From an uncultured Mollicutes bacterium (GTDB lineage: Bacteria > Bacillota_I > Bacilli_A > RFN20 > CAG-826): a stretch of 64,000 nucleotides of DNA. The position numbers and the translations under genes were made by a program. How positions within the stretch are numbered: position 1 is the first letter of the stretch; each line of letters opens with the position of its first letter. Shown one piece after another: positions 43,823 through 53,521 of this stretch. The notes under the pieces were generated by a model that saw nothing but the letters and a program-made list of their open reading frames with translations, made no database searches and was not told where the DNA came from. The stretch spans positions 78,918-142,917 of the forward strand of contig UQFQ01000002.1 in NCBI GenBank assembly GCA_900540395.1. Reading direction: 5' to 3'.

Positions 43823-45169
43823 ATGAAAAACCAATTAAATGATGAACTTATTGCATTTTTAAATGAAAGTCATAATGAATATTTAGCTGCAAATGCTATT
43901 AGAAACATTTTAAGTAAATCAGGATTTAAAGAAATCAAAGAAAATGAAACTTGGAATTTGAAAGAAAATAGTCGATATTTCTTTTTAAGAAACGGTAATT
44001 CTTTAGTTGCTTTCGCTACTCCATATAGACTTAATAAAAGCGATTTCTATTACAAAATCATTTCATCGCATTTAGATTCACCAGCTTTAAAATTAAAAGA
44101 AAACCCTGCAGTTTCCACAAATTTTTATGAAAAATGGAAGGTTGAAGCTTACGGCGGGCTCATTAATTCTACTTATGTTGATAGACCATTAGGCCTTGCT
44201 GGGAGATTAATTGTTAAAACTAAAAACGGATTAGAAACAAGAATTGTTGATACTAAAAAAGCTGTAGCGATTATTCCTAATGTTGCTATTCATCAAAATA
44301 GAAATATTAATAATGGATTTATCTATAATCCACAAGTTGATTTATTACCTATAGCTGGTACAAGCGAGAAAGCACACTATTTTGATGAAATTATTTCTTC
44401 CTTTTTAAAAGACGATGAAGAATTAGTGTCTTATGATTTATATCTTTATAATTTTGATAGAGCCCAATATGTTGGTTTTAATGATGATTTAATCTGCGGA
44501 CAAAAAGAAGATGATTTATCTAGTGCTTTCCTGTCTTTAAAAGCCTTAGTAGATAGTGAAACAAATTATAATGAAACTGGAATTAAAGTCGCTGCGTTCT
44601 TTAACAATGAAGAAACTGGATCTTTGTCTTTCTCAGGAGCAGACAGCGATTTATTAAAGTCCACTTTAAGAAGAATAGCTTTATCTTTTAATGTAAAAGA
44701 AAGTGAATACTTTGCAGCAATTAAAAAATCATTTGTTTTAAGTGCTGATAATGGGCATGCAATTCATCCTAATCATCCAGAAATGAGTGATGATAAAAAT
44801 CTTTGCTTATTAAATAAAGGCATTTTACTCAAATTTAATTCAAATATGGCTTATACAAGTGATGCTTTTACATCAGCTTTTGTTAAATCTTTATGTAAAG
44901 AAAATAATATTCCTTATCAAGTTTTCTTTAATAGAAGTGATGTAAGAGGAGGGTCAACTCTTGGAAATATTTCTATATCACAAGAAAGTTTCTTGACTGC
45001 TGATATTGGTATGCCTCAACTTGCTATGCATTCTTTTTTTGAAACAATAGGAAGCGAAGATACAAAACATATGTTTAACTTAATGTCTAGTTTCTATAAA
45101 ACAGTATTTAAGATTGATGGAGATACTATAAAATTTATAAAGACATCAAAAAACAATAAACTTTTATAA
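43823..45169 (+). CDS. M18 family aminopeptidase (aspartyl aminopeptidase-like)
   Basis: 'SSHLDSPALKLK', 'FNNEETGS', 'SADNGHAIHPNHPE', 'RGGSTLGNI', 'IGMPQLAMHS'. Characteristic M18 blocks. Confidence 0.85.
   Translation: MKNQLNDELIAFLNESHNEYLAANAIRNILSKSGFKEIKENETWNLKENSRYFFLRNGNSLVAFATPYRLNKSDFYYKIISSHLDSPALKLKENPAVSTNFYEKWKVEAYGGLINSTYVDRPLGLAGRLIVKTKNGLETRIVDTKKAVAIIPNVAIHQNRNINNGFIYNPQVDLLPIAGTSEKAHYFDEIISSFLKDDEELVSYDLYLYNFDRAQYVGFNDDLICGQKEDDLSSAFLSLKALVDSETNYNETGIKVAAFFNNEETGSLSFSGADSDLLKSTLRRIALSFNVKESEYFAAIKKSFVLSADNGHAIHPNHPEMSDDKNLCLLNKGILLKFNSNMAYTSDAFTSAFVKSLCKENNIPYQVFFNRSDVRGGSTLGNISISQESFLTADIGMPQLAMHSFFETIGSEDTKHMFNLMSSFYKTVFKIDGDTIKFIKTSKNNKLL
44873..45118 (+). repeat. Direct repeat copy 1 (246 bp, inside 3' part of the aminopeptidase gene)
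   Basis: Base-by-base comparison with 54388-54633 gives 3 mismatches in 246 nt and no indels. Sequence diverges sharply on both sides. Confidence 0.9.
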
Positions 45170-45177
45170 AAGTATTT

Positions 45178-46164
45178 TTAGCAAGTAGTGCCTTGATAAA
45201 AAGCGACGTTAATTTTAATTAGTTTTAATTCGTAGTTTTTGTTTTCAATCATATCGAGAATTGTCGATATTGTTTCAGCAACTATTCTTTCATTATCTGG
45301 GGCGATACTACTTACTCTAATTGGATAGCGGAATGATTTTTGAATATTATCATAACCAATTACTTTAACTTTGTTGATAATGTTTAAATCATATAAAACC
45401 TCTAAGACATCAAAAGCTAGTAAATCACTAAAGCAGAAAATTCCATCTACAGGATTGTTATTAATTTGAATTTTTAACAAGTCTTTTGCTTTGTTTTCTT
45501 CATCACCTATAACGACAAGTGGTTTCTTATTAAATGAAGCGCATACGCAGTCTTCAAACCCTTTATGTCTAATATTATCGATATCTAAATCTTTATGCTC
45601 AGTATAATAAAGCAAGTTTTTTAGTCCAAGATTTATAAAGGTTTGAGCAGCTAATTTTCCGCCTTCATAATCATCACTATATATACTTGTTGTATTAGTA
45701 TTAACGCCATTTCTACCAATTAAGACTATTGGAGTCTTGCTGTTATCAATAATTGCTTTAGCCTCTATAGTTGGTTCAATAAAAGTTATAATTCCTGCAA
45801 CATGGAATGAAATAACTCGCTTTGCTATTTCAAGCGAAAGATAACCTATAGAGTGGCGATCAATAAAAATCATTGTCTCATACTTGTAATTAAATAATTT
45901 TGCCGTTATTTGATCCAGCATCATGGAATAATAAGGGTTGTTTAAATTATCATAAATTATAGCAATTACATCCATTTTGCCTGCTCTTAAAGCGCTTGCT
46001 CTCATGTCAGGAATATAGCCTAATTTATCAGCAATTTTTCGGACTTTTTCTTGAGTTTTTAAAGAGATATTTTTCTTTTGTTTAAGAGCTCTTGATGCGG
46101 AATTTACCGAAATCCCAGCGAGTTTAGCAATGTCTTTTAAAGTAGGTTTTTTCTGCGACTTCAT
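45178..46164 (-). CDS. LacI family transcriptional regulator
   Basis: 'PTLKDIAKLAGISVNSASRALK' HTH plus a periplasmic-binding-protein-like sugar domain. Its stop lies 8 nt from the convergent aminopeptidase stop. Confidence 0.9.
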   Translation of the reverse strand: MKSQKKPTLKDIAKLAGISVNSASRALKQKKNISLKTQEKVRKIADKLGYIPDMRASALRAGKMDVIAIIYDNLNNPYYSMMLDQITAKLFNYKYETMIFIDRHSIGYLSLEIAKRVISFHVAGIITFIEPTIEAKAIIDNSKTPIVLIGRNGVNTNTTSIYSDDYEGGKLAAQTFINLGLKNLLYYTEHKDLDIDNIRHKGFEDCVCASFNKKPLVVIGDEENKAKDLLKIQINNNPVDGIFCFSDLLAFDVLEVLYDLNIINKVKVIGYDNIQKSFRYPIRVSSIAPDNERIVAETISTILDMIENKNYELKLIKINVAFYQGTTC

Positions 46165-46238
46165 AGAAATATTCTTACATTAATTTTCATGTAATGCAAT
46201 AAAAAACATACGACCATTATCGCAAAATTTAATTTTTT

Positions 46239-46254
46239 AGGTTAACGATAACCT
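46239..46254. promoter_or_regulatory. Inverted repeat AGGTTA-ACGA-TAACCT (candidate LacI operator)
   Basis: 6-nt perfect arms. Directly upstream of the candidate -35 of the 46318 operon, in the divergent LacI/operon intergenic region. Confidence 0.3.
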
Positions 46255-46262
46255 AAATTTTA

Positions 46263-46291
46263 TTGACTTAAAAAAATTAATGAAATAATAT
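46263..46291 (+). promoter_or_regulatory. Candidate promoter TTGACT-N17-TAATAT for 46318..54181 operon
   Basis: TTGACT at 46263-46268 and TAATAT at 46286-46291, followed by RBS 'aaagga' and the ATG at 46318. Confidence 0.45.
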
Positions 46292-46317
46292 TGAATTAGC
46301 AAAGAAAGGAAATCAAA

Positions 46318-48336
46318 ATGAGAAAAGCATTATTAGTTTTGGCTTTAACTACTTTTGGCGTATTAACAATGAGTAGTTGCCAAAATACTCCTGAAGTAAA
46401 CGAAGACGTAAAATACACTGTAACTTTTATAATTGATGGTGTAAAAACCGAGAAAAGTGTAGAAGACGGAGAAAAAGTTACTGCGATTGAAGAGCCAAAA
46501 AAAGACGGCTATACCTTCACTGGTTGGTATACTTCCGCAAATTGTGAAGAAGACGAATTATATAATTTTGATTCTGCAGTTACTTCTAATTTAACTTTAT
46601 ATGCTGGTTTTGAAAAGAATGAAGAAATCAAGACTTTTACGGTAACATTAGAACTTAATGGTGGAATTTTAGATGGCGAAACTTCTTTTGTACTTAATGA
46701 AGGCGAACTTGTAAGTAAACCTACTGATCCAGTCAAAAATGGATATACATTTGATTATTGGGCTAGCGATAGTGAATTGACAAAAGAATTTGATTTCGAA
46801 ACTACGATAATTACAAGCGACATCACTCTATACGCTAAATTTGATTTAATAGAAATTGATGTTAAATATGAAATTGTTGCAAGCAGTGAAGATGGCGTAG
46901 AATATCGCATCGATTATGCTGCAGATGGAAATTCTGAAACATATTGGAAAGCTAAAGATGGCAGTGCTCAAACATTAACTGTCGATTTAGGTTCAACAAA
47001 ATCCGTTAACTATGTTAGCCAAGAGTTTAATGATATGGCATCATGGAATTTTACAATTTCTGGTTCTATTGATGGCGAAACTTACGTTCCAATTATAGAT
47101 AATAGCGGTGATACTGTTGGTTCAAAATACGAAAGAGACCTCACTGGTTACTACCGTTATATTAGAATGGATATTGCTGAAAGTGAAGTTGTTGCTACAA
47201 GTAAGGAATTTGAAATTGAATTTACTGATTTGAATGAAGGCATTAATCTTGCTTATGGTATGAAAGGAATTGCTGATTGCTGGGCAGGCGGTTATGAGCC
47301 AGAAAAAATGTTTGATGGTAACACTGGAAATTATCATTGTGCAAACGCTGCACATGACAATCATTATATGGGAATAGATACCAATGAAGATTATTACGTA
47401 GATAATATTGAAATTTATTTCCCTAATGAAACAGACCATAAATTCTTTGTAGATTATGCTAGTGTTGCAAATGGCGGAACATGGATTCAAAAAGAAGAAT
47501 TGAATTTATTAACTAACACTGAAAAGTTCAGTTCAATTAAACTTGATGTTAATGACTTAGTTTCATCATTATTGGTTCATTATAGCAGCAATTCTGATGG
47601 ACATTGGCCAGCTATTTCTGAATTAAAAGTAAACGGATTTAAGCTCAATAAAGATGTAACAATTAATGAAAATGTTATAGATTTAGGCAGTCAATCTTAT
47701 CTTTCTAGAATTTATATAGGAGAAACAACAGGATTAACATTCGAAACTTCAATGGATAATACCAGTTATGAAGAAGTTACACCAACTATAGAAAATGGCT
47801 ATGCAGTTTTCGATAAAGAATGTAGATATGTTAAGGTGAGCGGTGATGCTGATTTATCAACTTTTAAAGTTTATTCAGCTTCATTTATTCGCAATTTAGC
47901 GTTGAATACTTCCCCAGTCGCTACAACAAGGAGTGATGATGCAGGATTTTGGGAAGCTATGATGGTTATGAATAAAGACTGTAAAGATGCTCAAGGCAGA
48001 TTCTGGTGTGCTCATGATGCCGATACTAAAGAAACGATTACCTTAGATTTTGGAATTAACGTATTAGCAAATGATATTTTCTACAAATATCAAGACCCAG
48101 CAGTAAACTATAATTATCAGTTAAAGATTTATGTCTCTAAAGATAATGAAGAATTTATTAATGTTTTAGATACTACCGCAAATGAAAATGGCGGCAGTAA
48201 TGAACAATCTTATACTGCACATCTTGAAGAAGATCAACGCAGTTTTAGATACTTGAAGATTGAAACTTATAATGCTAGTGGTTTTACAAATTGCAATACA
48301 TTGGCAGTTAATGGAATAGGTTCACCAATTATTTAA
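46318..48336 (+). CDS. Surface lipoprotein: 2x Listeria-Bacteroides (Flg_new) repeats + multiple F5/8 type C (discoidin/CBM32-like) domains
   Basis: Lipobox 'MSS-C'. 'GYTFTGWYTS..LYNFDSAVTSNLTLYAGF' and 'GYTFDYWASD..FDFETTIITSDITLYAKF' are Flg_new repeats. Discoidin signatures 'AADGNSETYWKA' and 'KMFDGNTGNYHCA'. Confidence 0.75.
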   Translation: MRKALLVLALTTFGVLTMSSCQNTPEVNEDVKYTVTFIIDGVKTEKSVEDGEKVTAIEEPKKDGYTFTGWYTSANCEEDELYNFDSAVTSNLTLYAGFEKNEEIKTFTVTLELNGGILDGETSFVLNEGELVSKPTDPVKNGYTFDYWASDSELTKEFDFETTIITSDITLYAKFDLIEIDVKYEIVASSEDGVEYRIDYAADGNSETYWKAKDGSAQTLTVDLGSTKSVNYVSQEFNDMASWNFTISGSIDGETYVPIIDNSGDTVGSKYERDLTGYYRYIRMDIAESEVVATSKEFEIEFTDLNEGINLAYGMKGIADCWAGGYEPEKMFDGNTGNYHCANAAHDNHYMGIDTNEDYYVDNIEIYFPNETDHKFFVDYASVANGGTWIQKEELNLLTNTEKFSSIKLDVNDLVSSLLVHYSSNSDGHWPAISELKVNGFKLNKDVTINENVIDLGSQSYLSRIYIGETTGLTFETSMDNTSYEEVTPTIENGYAVFDKECRYVKVSGDADLSTFKVYSASFIRNLALNTSPVATTRSDDAGFWEAMMVMNKDCKDAQGRFWCAHDADTKETITLDFGINVLANDIFYKYQDPAVNYNYQLKIYVSKDNEEFINVLDTTANENGGSNEQSYTAHLEEDQRSFRYLKIETYNASGFTNCNTLAVNGIGSPII

Positions 48337-48339
48337 TTT

Positions 48340-50679
48340 ATGAAGAAAAGATTATTATTAACTTCTCTTTCAATGTTAGCCTTGCTTCCTTTAGCATCTT
48401 GCTCAGAGGAAGCAAATTCTAACGAGGGAGATGATTTAAAAGCATTTATTCAAGACCAAGAAAATAAATATGCAATTACTTTTAAAGAAGGAGATACTTT
48501 ATCTTCGATAATTTCTTATGAAGTTGAAGGCAAAAGTATTATCAATTTTTATACTGATGATGAGTTTTTAAGCAAAGCCGACACGTCAATCTCTTTAAAA
48601 GAAGGAGAGACATATTTTGCTTTAACGGAATCTACTAGTGATATTATAGAAATCTCAACAGCTCAAGATTTTAAAAATATAACTGAATATGGTAATTATC
48701 GTTTAACTAACGATATTGATTTTAATGGGGAAATTATTGATTTAAATTTTGATTATTTGAATCCTTTTAAAGGGTATTTTAATGGTAATGGTCATACACT
48801 AAAGAATTTTAACTTACCTGATAAAGAGTACAGTGCATTATTTGGTGTAGTTGAAGGGACAATTTTTAATGTTAAAGTCGATACAGAAATAAATGCAATT
48901 TTTAATAATGTAACTTATGTTTCTCCTCTTGTTGGATATTTAAAATCTGGTGGCTTAATAAGAGAATGCTCTGCTTATGGTAATGTTTCAATCAATACAA
49001 CTAAAGAAAGGGGCGGAGTATATTTAGGCGGAATTAATGCTAGAAATGATCAAGGTAGAATTTTGCTTTCAGAAAATTTTTCTTCATTATCCAACTATAC
49101 AAATGTAAATGCTTTTACTGGTGGTATAGTTGCCTATAATGGTGGAGGAGAACCTTTTGAAAGTAAATTATCCTATTCTTATTCCAGTAGTAAATATATA
49201 ACATCATCAACAGGTGGTCATAACACTTCTTCTTATTGCGGTGGAATTGCGGGTTTCAATTTTGGGGAGGTTTCGCATACTTATTCAAACGATAAAGTAA
49301 TTAGAAGTAGAAGTAACGACTATCAAGCTTTTGGAGCATCTTTAGTTGCTGATAACAATGGAGGAAAAGTATCTAATTCCTTTGGATTAGGTGATGTCAT
49401 GGTTACTTCAGACAGCGGATATGTGTTTAGCGGAAATACCATTGGTAGAAATTTTAAAAGCAGTCTAGAAGATGATAGTGGAACTGTGTCTAATCTTTTC
49501 GGTTATGATAAACAAAATATTAAATCTTTTAATGGCTCAAGAAACGCACTCAAAGAAAACTTATACTTTACATCATTAAAATATGAAGAGATTTCTTCTA
49601 GTGAATTTTTAGAAAAACTAGGTTTTTGCAGTGTTTTTAATGTAAAAAGTGGATATTTACCATCGATTAATTCAAGCTTTGAGCAAGTAGATTCTAACGT
49701 AGAATATCAAGGAATTACTAACGTTGAAGATTTTCTAGATATAAAAAATGATTTAACAGGTAAATATATATTGACTAATGATATCACAATCGATGAAAGT
49801 GACTATTCACCAATCGGAAATTATCAAACACCATTTAAAGGCATCTTAGATGGTAATGGTCATACAATTACTTATGAGGTTTCTCCTTCTAGTAGAAACA
49901 GCCAAGATGGTTTATTTGGATTTTTAAATGGTGTAGTTAAAAATCTTAAAATAGTCGTAAAAGGAGACATAGTAAATGAATCCAATAATGTAATATTTGG
50001 TGGATTAAGTGGATATGCTCTCAAATCATCAATTGAAAACGTTAATGTTAATTACGAAAATACTATTGAAGGAAACGGTGTTGTTTTCGGTGGCTTAATT
50101 GGCATAAATGAAGATTCTTTAATTGAAAAATCATCTGCAAACGGTTCAATTTCGGCTAAGGCAAGTGAGATTGAATCTTATTTAGGTGGTCTTGTTGGTA
50201 GAAACAGTGGAGAAATTAATTTCGGAAGTTCTGATTCAACAATTGAGGTTTCTCAAGGAAGTATCGTTTATATTGGCGGACTAGTTGGTAAAAACTATAA
50301 AAAAATAAAATCTTCATATGCTATTAGTGAAATCAAATCCTCAAATATAAGCGATGAAAAAGCAATTGGCGGGTTCACTGGTGCTAATTTTGACTTAGGA
50401 AATATAGTTGATTCTTATTCAAAGAGCAATATCGAAAATACAAGAGAAGCAACTATTAATCTTTTAGGTGGCTTTAGTGGTGACAATTTAAAAACCATTA
50501 CAAATTGTTATTATTATGCAAACGAAGAAATTAAATATAGTGCAGGAGAATCATTAGTTTTTACTGATATTGATAGAGTGAGTTTGGAAGAGTTGAAAAC
50601 TTTGGCTTCTAGGTTAAATGATAATTTCGTTGATGGAGAAAATGGTTATCCGGTTTTAAATTCTGAGGAAAATATATGA
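48340..50679 (+). CDS. Surface lipoprotein with duplicated GLUG-motif beta-helix modules
   Basis: Lipobox 'LAS-C'. Two module heads: 'ISTAQDFKNI..YRLTNDIDFNGE..FKGYFNGNGHTLKNF' and 'ITNVEDFLDI..YILTNDITIDES..FKGILDGNGHTITYE'. Each is followed by GLUG-like repeats (GGINA, GGIAG, GGLSG, GGLIG, GGLVG x2, GGFTG, GGFSG). Confidence 0.7.
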   Translation: MKKRLLLTSLSMLALLPLASCSEEANSNEGDDLKAFIQDQENKYAITFKEGDTLSSIISYEVEGKSIINFYTDDEFLSKADTSISLKEGETYFALTESTSDIIEISTAQDFKNITEYGNYRLTNDIDFNGEIIDLNFDYLNPFKGYFNGNGHTLKNFNLPDKEYSALFGVVEGTIFNVKVDTEINAIFNNVTYVSPLVGYLKSGGLIRECSAYGNVSINTTKERGGVYLGGINARNDQGRILLSENFSSLSNYTNVNAFTGGIVAYNGGGEPFESKLSYSYSSSKYITSSTGGHNTSSYCGGIAGFNFGEVSHTYSNDKVIRSRSNDYQAFGASLVADNNGGKVSNSFGLGDVMVTSDSGYVFSGNTIGRNFKSSLEDDSGTVSNLFGYDKQNIKSFNGSRNALKENLYFTSLKYEEISSSEFLEKLGFCSVFNVKSGYLPSINSSFEQVDSNVEYQGITNVEDFLDIKNDLTGKYILTNDITIDESDYSPIGNYQTPFKGILDGNGHTITYEVSPSSRNSQDGLFGFLNGVVKNLKIVVKGDIVNESNNVIFGGLSGYALKSSIENVNVNYENTIEGNGVVFGGLIGINEDSLIEKSSANGSISAKASEIESYLGGLVGRNSGEINFGSSDSTIEVSQGSIVYIGGLVGKNYKKIKSSYAISEIKSSNISDEKAIGGFTGANFDLGNIVDSYSKSNIENTREATINLLGGFSGDNLKTITNCYYYANEEIKYSAGESLVFTDIDRVSLEELKTLASRLNDNFVDGENGYPVLNSEENI

Positions 50680-53519
50680 AAAGGATTAATTTAAAAAGTA
50701 TCGTTCCTTTTACTTTACTTTTAACTAGTGTTGGGATTAATAATAATGATTCAAATTTAATCATGGCAAAATCAAATTTAAATTATGATTCAGAAGTTAC
50801 TGTTTCTTCAGAATCAAGCGATCATGGGAAAGCCTTAATTAACGATTTTAATTATGATACTTATTGGGAAGGCACTGAAGCCAATAACCAATCTGTTGTT
50901 TTAGATCTTCTTTCTATTAAAAAAGTAACTTCTGTTACACAAATCTTTAAAGATGAAGATGTTTGGTTTTTCACAATTGAGGCTAGTGGTGATGGAGAGA
51001 ATTACTTTCAGATTGTCGATCATAGCAAAGGCGCTTTTGGAAGGTCATTTGAAGAAAGCGTAACAACTTATGCACGTTATGTTAGATTAAATGTTGCTAA
51101 ATCCGAAAAAGGATATTTGCCTTCAAGTAAAGAGTTTTATGTAAACTTTGATGAAATAAGCGAAGGTGAAAATCTAGCATTAGGTGCTCAAGGAGGCGCT
51201 TCATCTTCGCAAGGTAATTATCTTCCAGAAAAAGCATTTGATGGTAATAGTGCAACTTATTGGTGTGCTAGTTCTGGAAATTATGAACAATGGCTAAGTG
51301 TTGAACTTGGTTCTTTCGCATATGTCAAAAACATTGTTCTCCATTTAAATAATTATGGAAGTTATGAATTTGAAGTTGAAGGTCGTAACGAAAATGGAGA
51401 ATGGGTTAAAGTAGTAGAAAGAGCAAAATTTAATGGTTCAACTTTTACTTTCTCAGTTGAAGGAAAATACGATGCATTTGTTTATAGAACATTTGCAGGA
51501 CCTGGTTGGGCGAATTTAAATGAATTTGAGGTTAATGGGTTTAAAAAAATAACCAATTACTCTCAAGAAGATAATATTATGGAATTCCCTTCCTTAATTT
51601 ATGTAGACTCTTTTACAGGAAGTGAAAGCATTGAGTACTCAGTAGATAAAACAAACTGGCATACTTTAAATAAAGATAGTGAAGGAGTGAATGCTCGTTA
51701 TATTCGTTCTAACTCTCAAGTAAAAATTTATGGAACAAGTATTCAAACTTCTTTATTAGAAGAAATGGATGGTAAAGTAAGTGACTATTTAGATCATGAT
51801 CATTTATTGTTAAATATAACAACCAGTAAAAGAAATGCTAATTATACTTCAAGAAGTTGGAAGTCTTCTATTGTTGGTCAAAAAGAAACAATCGAATTTG
51901 ATTTAGGCCGTATATCTTTACTCGATAATTTTGAAATTTTAATTCCAGCTAATACTTTATCTTCTATTTCTATTGAAGTTAGCAATGATGGATTAACTTA
52001 TCAAAAATATGCTGATTCTGCAGATATTTCTGAAGAAACAACGACTTTAATGTTAAATAACGAGAACATACAACAAGGTCGATATATAAGAATATTTGTA
52101 ACTCCTCAATCTGATAAACAAGCTGAGATTATAAATTTAAGTTTGTATGGATTAGGCAATTCAAAAGTAGAAAATTGGTGGGAAGATACAAGTGGAGTAA
52201 TTAGATTTTATCCTAAGTTACAAAAAGTTAGTCTTAACGAAATTACTTCAAGACTCGATGAATTTAGAAATAGCGGTTATAAAGTAATCGAGCTTCACCA
52301 ACCATATGAAGGTCTTGCTGATATTTGGGCAGGACTTGGTGGCACAAATAACTATATGGTTGATCCTTTAATCGGTACTCTTGATGATTTATTAAGATTA
52401 TTAGATGAAGCTCATAAACGTGATATGTATGTCTTTATGTTCGGCAATGTTGGATACGGTAAAAATACCGCTGACTATTTCAAGAAAGCCTGTAAAGATT
52501 ATGCTTTAGGAATTGACTCAAAAGAAAGAAATTGGTTTGTTTTTTCTGAAACTTGCCCAGATCCTACAAAATGGTTCTATAGTGATATTGCTAAAGCATA
52601 TTATTATGGCTATTGGGGAGAAAATGGACAAATTCCAACCTTCAATTTCGAAAACGAAGAATGGCAAGAGGAAGTTTACAATTATATAGATTATTGGTCT
52701 TCGATTGGTTTTGATGGCATTGCTTTAGATGCTCCAAATGTTTATTACTTTGGTAATGCTAATGCTAGTAGAGTTACTTATGAAACAATTACTAAAACCA
52801 TGATCAAGAAGAACTTATTTGTCCTTCCTGAAGGTACAGGAGATAATAGTTTTATATCTAATTATCATTATTCTTGTATACAAAACTATGGTTTATCAAG
52901 TTGGGGTGGCGCTGCTTTTTCTCTTGGACTAAATAATGCGCAAACAAACAGTGTTAACGATACTGAAAACGTTTTAAAAAATAATCGAGATATGACTGTT
53001 TCTTTAGGTGGTGTTTCCATGGGATGTATGAATTTTGAGGATAATTATCTAAATGAAACAGGAAACAACCGTGTTTTAGAAGCTGCTTTAGTTACTCAAA
53101 CTGGACATTTAGCTTTCTTGCATTCAGGAAGTGATGCAAGGATTGGACAAGACATAATGGCTAATTGGGATGAAGATACTCAATCTCAAATTCATTCATT
53201 ATTCGGACTTCAAAATTCAATGGCTGCTTTAAACCCTAGTGGTCATCGTTATAAGTTAACTTCAACAAATGAAAGTAAAATTTATGCATATTTGAAGAAG
53301 GATTTGCATAATAATTCTATAGTAATGCCAATATTTAACTACGCAATTGTTGATATAGATTATCAAATTAATTTGCAAAATACGGAGTTAAATTTTGAAG
53401 ATGGTGAATATGTTTTTTACGATGCTTTTAATGATGAAAACGTTAATGTAACCATAAGAGGAGGAATCATGTCTTTAAGTTCCCCTAAAGAATCTTATAG
53501 ATGTTTGATTATTAGATAA
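50676..53519 (+). CDS. Secreted multi-discoidin (CBM32-like) protein with C-terminal divergent GH13-like (alpha-amylase superfamily) catalytic domain
   Basis: Non-lipoprotein signal peptide. Discoidin signatures 'NYDTYWEG' and 'KAFDGNSATYWCA'. C-terminal 'YMVDPLIGTLDDLLRLLDEAHKRDMYVFMFGNVGY', 'GFDGIALDAPN', 'FVLPEGTG' and 'CMNFEDN' line up with GH13 regions I-IV, but the canonical His residues are absent. Confidence 0.6.
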   Translation: MKRINLKSIVPFTLLLTSVGINNNDSNLIMAKSNLNYDSEVTVSSESSDHGKALINDFNYDTYWEGTEANNQSVVLDLLSIKKVTSVTQIFKDEDVWFFTIEASGDGENYFQIVDHSKGAFGRSFEESVTTYARYVRLNVAKSEKGYLPSSKEFYVNFDEISEGENLALGAQGGASSSQGNYLPEKAFDGNSATYWCASSGNYEQWLSVELGSFAYVKNIVLHLNNYGSYEFEVEGRNENGEWVKVVERAKFNGSTFTFSVEGKYDAFVYRTFAGPGWANLNEFEVNGFKKITNYSQEDNIMEFPSLIYVDSFTGSESIEYSVDKTNWHTLNKDSEGVNARYIRSNSQVKIYGTSIQTSLLEEMDGKVSDYLDHDHLLLNITTSKRNANYTSRSWKSSIVGQKETIEFDLGRISLLDNFEILIPANTLSSISIEVSNDGLTYQKYADSADISEETTTLMLNNENIQQGRYIRIFVTPQSDKQAEIINLSLYGLGNSKVENWWEDTSGVIRFYPKLQKVSLNEITSRLDEFRNSGYKVIELHQPYEGLADIWAGLGGTNNYMVDPLIGTLDDLLRLLDEAHKRDMYVFMFGNVGYGKNTADYFKKACKDYALGIDSKERNWFVFSETCPDPTKWFYSDIAKAYYYGYWGENGQIPTFNFENEEWQEEVYNYIDYWSSIGFDGIALDAPNVYYFGNANASRVTYETITKTMIKKNLFVLPEGTGDNSFISNYHYSCIQNYGLSSWGGAAFSLGLNNAQTNSVNDTENVLKNNRDMTVSLGGVSMGCMNFEDNYLNETGNNRVLEAALVTQTGHLAFLHSGSDARIGQDIMANWDEDTQSQIHSLFGLQNSMAALNPSGHRYKLTSTNESKIYAYLKKDLHNNSIVMPIFNYAIVDIDYQINLQNTELNFEDGEYVFYDAFNDENVNVTIRGGIMSLSSPKESYRCLIIR

Positions 53520-53521
53520 TT

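Noticed and set aside
50676-53519. Annotating the 947 aa protein simply as alpha-amylase
   Set aside because: The region I and II His, Arg and Lys residues diagnostic for alpha-glucan-active GH13 enzymes are missing, and the appended modules are discoidin-type rather than starch-binding CBMs. Only a GH13-like fold is claimed.
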